Shown here: piece by piece, positions 17,886 through 25,675 of the stretch
Numbering within the stretch: the stretch's first letter is position 1
Layout of the letters: the number at the start of each line of letters is the position of its first letter
From: Candidatus Fervidifonticultor secundus
GTDB lineage: Bacteria; Sysuimicrobiota; Sysuimicrobiia; Sysuimicrobiales; Humicultoraceae
NCBI GenBank assembly: GCA_031459385.1
Contig: JAVKIP010000008.1
Location: 32,001-96,000, forward strand
Length of the DNA stretch: 64,000 nt
Direction of reading: 5' to 3'
Translations under genes and position numbers: made by a program
The notes under the pieces: generated by a model
The model's input: the letters and a program-made list of their open reading frames with translations, nothing else
What the model was told of the DNA's origin: nothing
Databases searched by the model: none

Positions 17886-19705
17886 GGCCCCGCACCGTCG
17901 CCCGCGCGGGCCGGGGTGATCGCCCCGGCCGGGCACAGCTGGGAGCACACCGTGCACCCCATGCACAGGCTGGCGTCGATGCCCACTTTGGGGCGCCCCT
18001 CGTACCACTGCGGGATCCAGGCGATCGCCGGGCAGCCCAGCGCCATGCACGCCTGGCAGGCGGTGCAGGCGTCGGGGACCACGGCCAGGGGGCGAGTGCG
18101 GATCTTCACCGGCGACTCCACGCACGGACGGTTGGTGATGACCACCGAGACCCCGGGGTAGGACAGGGCGGCCTCCAGTGCCCGATAGGTCGCCCCGACG
18201 TCGTAGGGGTCGACCACCTCTACCCAGTCGACGCCCAGTGCGCGGCAAAGCGCGGCCAGGTCGACGCGGGGCGCGGGCGCGCCGCGGATCGTCTGGCCTG
18301 TGGCCGGATGCGGCTGGCCGCCGGTCATGGCCGTGGTGCCGTTGTCGAGGATGAGCACGGTGATCGGCGTCTGGTTGTAGACGGCGTCCAGCAGGGCCGG
18401 CAGGCCTGCGTGGAGGAACGTCGAGTCGCCGATGGCGGCCACCACGCGGCCGTCGACACCGCCCGAGCGTGCCAGGCCCATGGCCACGCCGATGCTGGCT
18501 CCCATGGCCAGGCAGGTGTCCATGGCCGCCAGCGGCTGCAATGCTGCCAGCGTGTAGCACCCGATGTCGCCCGCCACCACCGCGCCCAGCCGGCGCAGCG
18601 CCAGGAAGGGCATGGCGTGGGGGCAGCCCGGGCACAGCACCGGCGGCCGGGGCGCATCCGGCGCCTGCAGCGGCGCGGGCCCGGGCCGCGACTGCAGGAC
18701 CCCGGCGCGGATGAACCCCTCGCGGACCACCTCGGGCGTCAGCTCGCCCGTGCGGGGGAAGAACGCCTTACCTTCCACTGTCAGACCCGCCGCCCGCAGT
18801 TCTTCCTCGACGAGCGGGTCCAGTTCCTCGACGACGATGAGGCGGTCGACCGCAGTGGCGAAGGCACGGATGCGCTGAAGCGGCAGCGGGTACGAGAAGC
18901 CCAGCTTCAGGACGCTGGCTTCCGGTAGGACCTCGCGGACGTAGTGGTACGCGCCGCCTGCGACCACCACGCCTACCCGGCGGTCGCGCATCTCCACGGC
19001 GGTGAGCGGTGATGCCTCCGACGCCTCGGCCAGGCGCCGCAGGCGCTCCAGCAACACGGGGTGGCGGGAGCGGGCGTGGGCCGGCAGCATGACCCAGCGG
19101 CCGGGATCCCTGTGGAAGCCCAGGGGTGGCCGCGCGCGGCGCTCGCCCACCTCCACCAGACCACACCCGTGGCTGATGCGGGTCGTCGTGCGAAGCAGCA
19201 CCGGCACCTCGAACGCCTCGCTGAGGTCGAAGGCGGCCAGCGTGAACGTCCGTGCCTCGGCGGGGTCGGCCGGCTCCAGCAGCGGCAGGCCGGCGAAGCG
19301 GGCGTAGTGGCGGTTGTCCTGTTCGTTCTGGGAACTGTGCATGCCGGGGTCGTCGGCCGAGACGATGACGCACCCGGCCGGCGTGCCGGTGTAGCCCAGC
19401 ACCATCAGCGTATCGGCCGCCACGTTGAGGCCCACGTGCTTGGTGGTCACCAGGGCCCGGGCGCCGCCCAGAGCCGCGCCCACCGCGACGTCCAGCGCCA
19501 CCTTCTCGTTGGTCGACCACTCGACGTAGACGTCGTCGTAGACAGCCAGCGCCTCCAGGATCTCGGTGCTGGGCGTGCCGGGATAGCCTGCGGCGACCTG
19601 GACGCCCGCCTCCCAGGCGCCGCGGGCCAGGGCATGGTTGCCCAGCAGCAGCGCCCGGCGGACGGTGGTGCCGGGGGGTGTGGTGCGAGGAGGCGCGCCG
19701 ACCAC
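17882..19705 (-). CDS. iorA: Indolepyruvate/arylpyruvate:ferredoxin oxidoreductase alpha subunit
   Basis: Motifs GYPGTPSTEI, NEKVALD, KHVGLNVAAD, DDPGMHSSQNEQD, LCPGCPH, GDIGCY and GDSTFLHAG, plus C-terminal ferredoxin motifs. Confidence 0.95.
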   Translation of the reverse strand: MVGAPPRTTPPGTTVRRALLLGNHALARGAWEAGVQVAAGYPGTPSTEILEALAVYDDVYVEWSTNEKVALDVAVGAALGGARALVTTKHVGLNVAADTLMVLGYTGTPAGCVIVSADDPGMHSSQNEQDNRHYARFAGLPLLEPADPAEARTFTLAAFDLSEAFEVPVLLRTTTRISHGCGLVEVGERRARPPLGFHRDPGRWVMLPAHARSRHPVLLERLRRLAEASEASPLTAVEMRDRRVGVVVAGGAYHYVREVLPEASVLKLGFSYPLPLQRIRAFATAVDRLIVVEELDPLVEEELRAAGLTVEGKAFFPRTGELTPEVVREGFIRAGVLQSRPGPAPLQAPDAPRPPVLCPGCPHAMPFLALRRLGAVVAGDIGCYTLAALQPLAAMDTCLAMGASIGVAMGLARSGGVDGRVVAAIGDSTFLHAGLPALLDAVYNQTPITVLILDNGTTAMTGGQPHPATGQTIRGAPAPRVDLAALCRALGVDWVEVVDPYDVGATYRALEAALSYPGVSVVITNRPCVESPVKIRTRPLAVVPDACTACQACMALGCPAIAWIPQWYEGRPKVGIDASLCMGCTVCSQLCPAGAITPARAGDGAGP

Positions 19706-19715
19706 GCGGGCCTCC

Positions 19716-20942
19716 CTACGAGGCCTGCGCGACCAGGAGGCCCAAGATCTCCTCGTCGCGCAGGACGCGGTGGCTGGCCTTGGCCAGGTCGAGGATGCGG
19801 GCGACCAGGTGCGGGTCAGGCGCGATCCCGTGCCGCTCGCACCACCACAGCACGTTGGCCTGCCCGCTCATGGGGCCGATGGTGATCACCTGCTCCCGGC
19901 CCACCGCCTCGGCCGGCACGCCGCTGTAGACACGGTTGGCCAGCCAGTGGTCGCCCTTGTGCATCGCCTTGCGCACGGCGGCGGCGTGCACGCCGGTGCT
20001 GGTCTCGAACGCGTCCTTGCCCACCACCGGCGTGTTGGGCAGCACCGGCAGGCCCACGGCCTCGGCCACCACGCGGCAGTACTCGGGCAGCGCCCGCAGG
20101 TCCGCCTCCAGCCACCCCAGGAGCACCAGGTTGACCAGCAAGAGCTCCATACTGGTGTTGCCCACCCGCTCGCCGATGCCCAGGGCGCACCCGTGCAGGC
20201 GGTCGGCGCCCGCCCCCGCCGCCACCAGGCTGTTGATGACGTCCAGCCCCCGGTCGCGGTGGCCGTGCCAGTCCAGCAAGACGTCGTCCCCCAGCACCCG
20301 GCGCATGTACCGCACCAGGCGAGCCGTACCCCACGGCGTGGCGTGACCCACTGTGTCGGCCAGGCACACGCGGGCGGCGCCGGCGTCCACGGCGGCCCGG
20401 TAGATGCGCCGCAGGTGGGCGGGCCGGGCGCGAGTGGTGTCCTCGGTGACGAACATCACCTCCAGCCCGCACCGGCGCGCGAAGCGCACCGCCGCCTCGG
20501 TTGTGCGCAGCAGGAACTCCAGGTCCCAGTCCTCGACGTATTGACGGATGGGGCTCGAGCCCAGGAAGATGGCGGCGTCGATTCCCACCCCGGCGCGCTG
20601 CTGGGCCTCCGCAATGGGCGCGATGTCGGCTTCCGCGGTACGCCCCGCGCAGTTGGGCCGAATGCGCAGACGCGCGTCGCGGATCTCCCGTGCCAGGACC
20701 ACCACGTCGTTCAGGGCGTGGCGGCTGGCGGCCGGGTAACCGATGTTGGCGCCGTGGATGCCCAGGCGGTCCATCAGATGCAGGATCGCCACCTTGCGCT
20801 CCACCGGCGGGTGCACCACGGAGGGGCTCTGCAGTCCATCCCGCAGCGTCTCGTCGTTGACCTGCACCAGACGGCGCGGCGCGAGCCGCCGCGTGCCCGG
20901 CGCGTTCCAGTCGAAGATCAGGTCGCCTGTGCGGCCACCCAT
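19716..20942 (-). CDS. LeuA/homocitrate-synthase-like (DRE-TIM) acetyl-CoA condensing enzyme without a regulatory domain; candidate benzylmalate synthase
   Basis: Motifs DETLRDGLQ, EDTTRA, LADTVG, HGHRDRG and GIGERVGN, plus the post-catalytic subdomain GVHAAA...VYS...IGPMSG. 408 aa. Confidence 0.8.
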   Translation of the reverse strand: MGGRTGDLIFDWNAPGTRRLAPRRLVQVNDETLRDGLQSPSVVHPPVERKVAILHLMDRLGIHGANIGYPAASRHALNDVVVLAREIRDARLRIRPNCAGRTAEADIAPIAEAQQRAGVGIDAAIFLGSSPIRQYVEDWDLEFLLRTTEAAVRFARRCGLEVMFVTEDTTRARPAHLRRIYRAAVDAGAARVCLADTVGHATPWGTARLVRYMRRVLGDDVLLDWHGHRDRGLDVINSLVAAGAGADRLHGCALGIGERVGNTSMELLLVNLVLLGWLEADLRALPEYCRVVAEAVGLPVLPNTPVVGKDAFETSTGVHAAAVRKAMHKGDHWLANRVYSGVPAEAVGREQVITIGPMSGQANVLWWCERHGIAPDPHLVARILDLAKASHRVLRDEEILGLLVAQAS

Positions 20943-20946
20943 GGGC

Positions 20947-22242
20947 TTACCTCCTCACCCGCCGGTCCACGACCCGCACGGCCTTCCCGTCGCTGCGTGG
21001 CAGCTGGCGCGGTGGCAACACGGTCACCGCGGCAGCGAGCCCCAGCGCGTCCCGCAGCGCCTGCCGCAGGCGCTCGGCCAGGGCGCGGTAGTGCGCGGGG
21101 GAGGTATCGGCCCGCGCCTCCACCTGCACCTCCAGCACGTCCAGCCCCCGCGCCCGGTCCACCACCAGCTGGTACTGCGGGGCCAGATCGGGCAGCGAAC
21201 CCAGCACCGTCTCGACCTCAGAGGGAAACACGTTGACGCCGCGGATGACCAGCATGTCGTCGATGCGGCCGGCCACCCGCGTCATGCGCACGTGGGTGCG
21301 GCCGCAGACGCACGGCTCGGGCACCAGCGCCGCGATGTCTCCGGTGCGGTAGCGCAGCAGCGGCGTTGCCTCCCGGGTGAGGGTGGTGAGGACCAGTTCC
21401 CCGCGCTGGCCGGGCGGCAGCGGGGTGCCGGTCGCCGGATCGATCACCTCGGGCAGGAAATGGTCCTCGTGGACGTGCAGGCCAGCGCGGGCCTCGCACT
21501 CAGCGGCCACGCCCGGCCCGATCACCTCGCTCAGCCCGTAGAAGTCCGCCGCGCGCAGCCCCAGGCGCCGCTCGATCTCTGCGCGTGTTTCCTCGCACCA
21601 CGGCTCGGCCCCGAATAGCCCGCACCGGAGGCGCAGCGGGCCTCCGGTGGATTCTTCCACGACCTCGGCCAGGTGCAGCGCATAGGAGGGGGTGCACGCC
21701 AGCGCCGTGGCGCCGAACTCGCGCAGCAGCCTGACCTGACGGGCGGTGTTCCCCGTGGAGGTGGGCAGCACGCGGGCGCCCAGCCGCAGCGCGCCGTAGT
21801 GGAAGCCGAGCCCGCCGGTGAACAGGCCGTAGCCGTAGGCGTTCTGGATCAGGTCGCCCGGCCGCACCCCGGCGGCGGTCAGTGACCGCGCCATCACCTC
21901 GGCCCACACGTCGAGGTCGGCGCGCGTGTAGCCGGTTGCAGTCGGGTAGCCCGTGGTGCCCGACGAGCAGTGGAGCTCCACTACCTCCTCCGGCGGGCAG
22001 GCGAAGTGGCCGAACGGGTAGAGGCGACGCAGGTCGGCCTTGGTCGTGAACGGCAGTCGCGGCAGGTCGGCGATGCCGCGGACCTCCTCGGGCGTGAGGC
22101 CAGCGGCGGCCAGTCGCTCGCGGTAGAACGGCACACGCGCCCACACCCGGGCGACGACCTGGCGCAGGCGCTGGTCCTGCAGCCGGACCAGCTCTCCGCG
22201 CGGCGCTGCTTCGGCTGCCGGGTCCCACAGCACGCTGCTCAC
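20947..22242 (-). CDS. paaK: Phenylacetate-CoA ligase (copy 1)
   Basis: Motifs HCSSGTTG, NAYGYGLFTGGLG, CTPSY, GAEPW, YGLSEVIGPGV, RYRTGD and DDMLVIRGVNVFP. Confidence 0.9.
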   Translation of the reverse strand: MSSVLWDPAAEAAPRGELVRLQDQRLRQVVARVWARVPFYRERLAAAGLTPEEVRGIADLPRLPFTTKADLRRLYPFGHFACPPEEVVELHCSSGTTGYPTATGYTRADLDVWAEVMARSLTAAGVRPGDLIQNAYGYGLFTGGLGFHYGALRLGARVLPTSTGNTARQVRLLREFGATALACTPSYALHLAEVVEESTGGPLRLRCGLFGAEPWCEETRAEIERRLGLRAADFYGLSEVIGPGVAAECEARAGLHVHEDHFLPEVIDPATGTPLPPGQRGELVLTTLTREATPLLRYRTGDIAALVPEPCVCGRTHVRMTRVAGRIDDMLVIRGVNVFPSEVETVLGSLPDLAPQYQLVVDRARGLDVLEVQVEARADTSPAHYRALAERLRQALRDALGLAAAVTVLPPRQLPRSDGKAVRVVDRRVRR

Positions 22243-22802
22243 GCGCTCACCCACCCCGTCCCGGCCCCTCCGGCGCGGCGGCGCAGCAGGGGTACGATGC
22301 CGCCGGCCTCGAGGATGGCCAGCATCTGCGGGGGCAGCGGCGACCCGGTCAGCACCTCGCCGGTCCGGAGGTTGTGCACGGTCCCCGCTGCCAGGTCGAC
22401 CTGAACCGGGTCGCCGTCGGTCACGGCGGCCGTTGCGCCTGGACAGGTCAGCACCGGCAGGCCGATGGCCACGGCGTTGCGCAGGAAGATACGGGCGAAC
22501 GACGCCGCCACCACGCACCCCACGCCCAGGGCCTGCAGCCCTTCGGGCGCGTGCTCGCGGCTGCTGCCGCACCCGAAGTTCTTCCCGGCGACCACCACGT
22601 CTCCGGGCCGTACCTCGGCGGCGAAGCGCGGGTTCACCGCCTCCAGCACGTGCCGCCGGCGCTCCTCCAGCGGCTCCACCGCGTAGGCGCCGGGCGCCAG
22701 CAAGTCGGTGCTGACGTCGTCGCCGAAACACCACGCGCGGCCGCGGATGGGGACCCGGAACGCGGGCGGGGTGCGCGGGGAGGGGGCATCACGAGCCGCC
22801 AT
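22239..22802 (-). CDS. LeuD/DmdB-like aconitase-family hydratase small subunit
   Basis: Motifs FGDDVSTD, AGKNFGCGSSREHA and SFARIFLRNA. Confidence 0.9.
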   Translation of the reverse strand: MAARDAPSPRTPPAFRVPIRGRAWCFGDDVSTDLLAPGAYAVEPLEERRRHVLEAVNPRFAAEVRPGDVVVAGKNFGCGSSREHAPEGLQALGVGCVVAASFARIFLRNAVAIGLPVLTCPGATAAVTDGDPVQVDLAAGTVHNLRTGEVLTGSPLPPQMLAILEAGGIVPLLRRRAGGAGTGWVSA

Positions 22803-22803
22803 C

Positions 22804-24078
22804 TCATTCCGCCGCCGCCGGCTGCAGCACACGCCGCGGGTCGGTGATGCGGCCGTACAGGGCGCTGGCCGCCACCGTGGCCGGCGAGGCCAGGTAGATC
22901 TCGGCCTGGGGACTTCCCATGCGGCCGGCGAAGTTCCGGTTGTGCGCGCCGATGCACCGTTCGCCCGGCGCGAGCAGGCCCAGGTGGCCGCCAAAACACG
23001 GCCCGCACCCGGAGGGCAGCAGGACCGCGCCCGCGTCGACCAGCACCTCCAGCACCCCCTCGGCCGCCGCCTGGCGCTCGACCTGGCGCGAGGCCGGGCC
23101 GATGAGCAGGCGCGTGTGGGGGTGGACACGGTGCCCGGCCAGGATGCGGGCGGCCACCCGCAGGTCCTCGATACGGCCGTTGGTGCACGAGCCGATGAAC
23201 GCCTGGTCGATGGGGACGTCTTCCACCTCATGCACCGGCCGGATGCGGTCGACCGCATGGGGCAGCGCGACCTGGGGGGCCAGGTCGTCGAGCTCCAGAG
23301 TGAGGCTGCGGATGTAGCGTGCGTCAGGGTCGGGACCGAATGGCGCCGCGTCGACCCCGCACCGCCGCAGGTGCGCGGTCGTCGTGGGGTCGGCGGCAAA
23401 CAGCCCGAACTTGGCGCCCAGCTCCACGGCCATGTTGGCCATGGTGAGGCGCCCGGCCATGTCGACGTCGTCGGCTGCCGGCCCGCCAAACTCCAGCGCC
23501 TGGTACTGCGCGCCGTCGGCGCCCAGCTGCCCGGCCAGGGCCAGGATGGCGTCTTTCCACATCACCGCCGGCCGCAGCCGCCCGACCATCTCCACGCGGA
23601 TGCTGTGCGGTACCTGCAGCCACAGTTCGCCCGTGGCCAGGACGTACGCCATCTCGGTAGTGCCGATGCCGGTGCCTCCGACCCCCAGGGCCCCGGCCGT
23701 CGTCGTGTGGGAGTCGGTGCCCAACAGCAGCCCGCCCGGCGGCGCCAGCCCGCGCTCTGCCACCAGCTGGTGACAGATGCCGGAGCCCGCGTCGAAAAAA
23801 TGCGCGATGCCGAAGTCGCGGACATGGGCGCGGATCCGCCGGTGCACCTCGGCAGCGGCTACCGACGGCGCCGGGACCAGGTGGTCGATGACGACCGCCA
23901 CCTTCGTGCGATCCCATACGGCGAGCACGCCGGCATCGCGCAGCAGGTCGAAGACGGGAGCGGCGAAGATGTCGTGGAGGAGGGCAAGGTCGGGTCGGCC
24001 TACGACGAACTCGCCCGGGGACACGGCGGCGCGCCCCGATGCCCTGGCGAGGATCTTCTCGGCCATCGTCATGCCCAC
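22804..24078 (-). CDS. LeuC/DmdA/HacA-like aconitase-family hydratase large subunit
   Basis: Motifs MTMAEKIL, GICHQ, DSHT, IGSCTNGRIED, CGPCFG, NRNFAGRMG and LASP. Short (~424 aa) type. RBS GGAGG lies before GTG 24078. Confidence 0.9.
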   Translation of the reverse strand: MGMTMAEKILARASGRAAVSPGEFVVGRPDLALLHDIFAAPVFDLLRDAGVLAVWDRTKVAVVIDHLVPAPSVAAAEVHRRIRAHVRDFGIAHFFDAGSGICHQLVAERGLAPPGGLLLGTDSHTTTAGALGVGGTGIGTTEMAYVLATGELWLQVPHSIRVEMVGRLRPAVMWKDAILALAGQLGADGAQYQALEFGGPAADDVDMAGRLTMANMAVELGAKFGLFAADPTTTAHLRRCGVDAAPFGPDPDARYIRSLTLELDDLAPQVALPHAVDRIRPVHEVEDVPIDQAFIGSCTNGRIEDLRVAARILAGHRVHPHTRLLIGPASRQVERQAAAEGVLEVLVDAGAVLLPSGCGPCFGGHLGLLAPGERCIGAHNRNFAGRMGSPQAEIYLASPATVAASALYGRITDPRRVLQPAAAE

Positions 24079-24091
24079 GGGGCGCCTCCAG

Positions 24092-24181
24092 GGTCGGACC
24101 CGTCCGACCGGTCGGTCAGTTTCACCTTGGGGGAGTATTCCGGAGGGCACAATCGGCCAGATGCAGGATCGTTCTCCTGCA
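24092..24181. promoter_or_regulatory. Promoter region of the long catabolic operon, with two kinds of palindrome
   Basis: CCGACCGGTCGG (24104-24115) continuing as TCAGT, related to the bcrC site, and TGCAGGA-N6-TCCTGCA (24162-24181). Confidence 0.55.
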
Positions 24182-24195
24182 ACTGTTGAGGAGAT

Positions 24196-24873
24196 CTAGC
24201 GACCGCGCCCGTCGCCCGGAGCGATGAGGCCCCACCGCGCCGCCACCGCCACGGCCTCAGCCCGGGTATGCGCGCCCAGCTTGCGCAGGAGGTTCTGCAC
24301 GTGAGTGCGGACGGTGACGGGCGAGACGAACAGCGCGCGGGCCACGGCCCGGGTGTCCAGGCCCTGCGCCAGCATCTCCAGCACTTCCAGCTCGCGACGG
24401 GTCAGAGCGCGCAGGGGCGACGACTCGCGATCGAGCCCGGCGCGGGCGGCCAGCGCGTCCAGCACGTCCTCGGCGCGGCGCCGGGTCGTGATGTCACGGA
24501 ACAGGTGGACCGTCACCCGCTGCCCGTCGAGCGGCGCGGTGATTACCAGGGTGCTCACGTTGACCCACACGTCGCGGCCGTCGCCGCTGCGGTAGCAGAC
24601 GTCGCGCGCGGGGATCGGTTCTCCCCGCTCCGCCATGACCATCTCCGGGCAGTGGGCGCAGCACACCAGGTGCCCGGAACGGTCGCGCCCCGCCAGCACC
24701 TCGAAGCAGGCGCGGCCGACGACCTGCTCGCGGCGCCATCCCAGCAGGCGCTCCGCGCCGGTATTCCACAGGAGGATACGCTGACGCGCGTCCAGGGCCA
24801 CCGCCGCGTCCCCCGCGCGCTCCAGCGCGTCGAACAGCCATCCGAGCGCCCCGCGGGACGGTGCGGTACTCAC
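24196..24873 (-). CDS. PAS + LuxR-HTH one-component regulator
   Basis: PAS segment WNTGAERLLGW, with the Cys cluster CFEVL...CCAHCP, and LuxR HTH LTRRELEVLEMLAQG...TVRTHVQNLLRKLG. Confidence 0.9.
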   Translation of the reverse strand: MSTAPSRGALGWLFDALERAGDAAVALDARQRILLWNTGAERLLGWRREQVVGRACFEVLAGRDRSGHLVCCAHCPEMVMAERGEPIPARDVCYRSGDGRDVWVNVSTLVITAPLDGQRVTVHLFRDITTRRRAEDVLDALAARAGLDRESSPLRALTRRELEVLEMLAQGLDTRAVARALFVSPVTVRTHVQNLLRKLGAHTRAEAVAVAARWGLIAPGDGRGR

Positions 24874-25664
24874 GTCCGTCCTCCGCGCGCCCGCCGCCAC
24901 GCGTGCGGCCCTGTCCGCCCCGCGGCACCGGTCGGCGACCCGGCGGCACGCACCGGGGCCCGCGGCCGGTGGACAGCGAGGAAGTGCGCGGGGCCACCGG
25001 CCTCGTCCGCCAGCCGCACGTACGTGGTGTCGGCCACGTACTCGGCGTGCGAGCCGTCCCGGGCCAGGTAGGTGCACCGCACTGTCGTCCCGCGGGCCAG
25101 AGCCGCCGGGCAGCGCACAGCCAGGCTCGCCAGGGTACGGGTGTGACAGCCCACCACGTCGGCGCAGCACCCGATCTCCTGGTCGTCACTGACGCCCCAC
25201 AGCCGACGTGCGGCGGCATTCAGCAGCACCACCCGCCGGTCGGCGTCTGTGACGAAGGCAGGGAACGGCAACGCCTCGAACGCGACCGCACCGACCCACA
25301 CCCGGTGCGCGGCCGGCAACGGCGACCTCTCGCGCAGGCGGTACCCGATCCCCCATACCGCCTCGATGAAGACCGGTGACCGCGACAGGTCGCCGAGCTT
25401 GCGGCGCAGGCGCATGACCAGGTTGTCCAGGGCCCGGGAACCCGGCCCCGCCCGCATTCCCAGGCGCGCGGCCAGCTCCTCCCGAGCCCAGGTCCGGCCG
25501 GGCGCCTCGGCCAGCACGCACGCCAGGTCCAGCTCCAGGGGCGTCAGGCGCACGGGCCGCCCGGCGACCACCACCTGACGGCGCGCCGGATCCACCTCCA
25601 GATCGTGGCAGGCGGCCAGCAGACCCAGGCGCGCCGACGGGCGAGGCGACAGCGGGACCGCCAC
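24870..25664 (-). CDS. OmpR-type winged-helix + PAS regulator with no receiver domain
   Basis: N-terminal Trans_reg_C motifs LTPLELDL...SRALDNLVMRLRRKLG...VWGIGYRL, then PAS segment LNAAARRLWG with CCADVVGC...CP. Confidence 0.75.
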   Translation of the reverse strand: MAVPLSPRPSARLGLLAACHDLEVDPARRQVVVAGRPVRLTPLELDLACVLAEAPGRTWAREELAARLGMRAGPGSRALDNLVMRLRRKLGDLSRSPVFIEAVWGIGYRLRERSPLPAAHRVWVGAVAFEALPFPAFVTDADRRVVLLNAAARRLWGVSDDQEIGCCADVVGCHTRTLASLAVRCPAALARGTTVRCTYLARDGSHAEYVADTTYVRLADEAGGPAHFLAVHRPRAPVRAAGSPTGAAGRTGPHAWRRARGGRT

Positions 25665-25675
25665 GGTGGTGCCCC

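Noticed and set aside
19716..24078. leuA/leuC/leuD as a leucine biosynthesis operon
   Set aside because: There is no leuB or ilv gene, LeuA lacks its regulatory domain, and the genes are interleaved with paaK and ior in an aromatic catabolic run.
24162..24181. Lux box / AHL quorum sensing
   Set aside because: The resemblance to the lux box is partial. The adjacent LuxR protein has a PAS domain rather than an autoinducer-binding domain, and no luxI is present.
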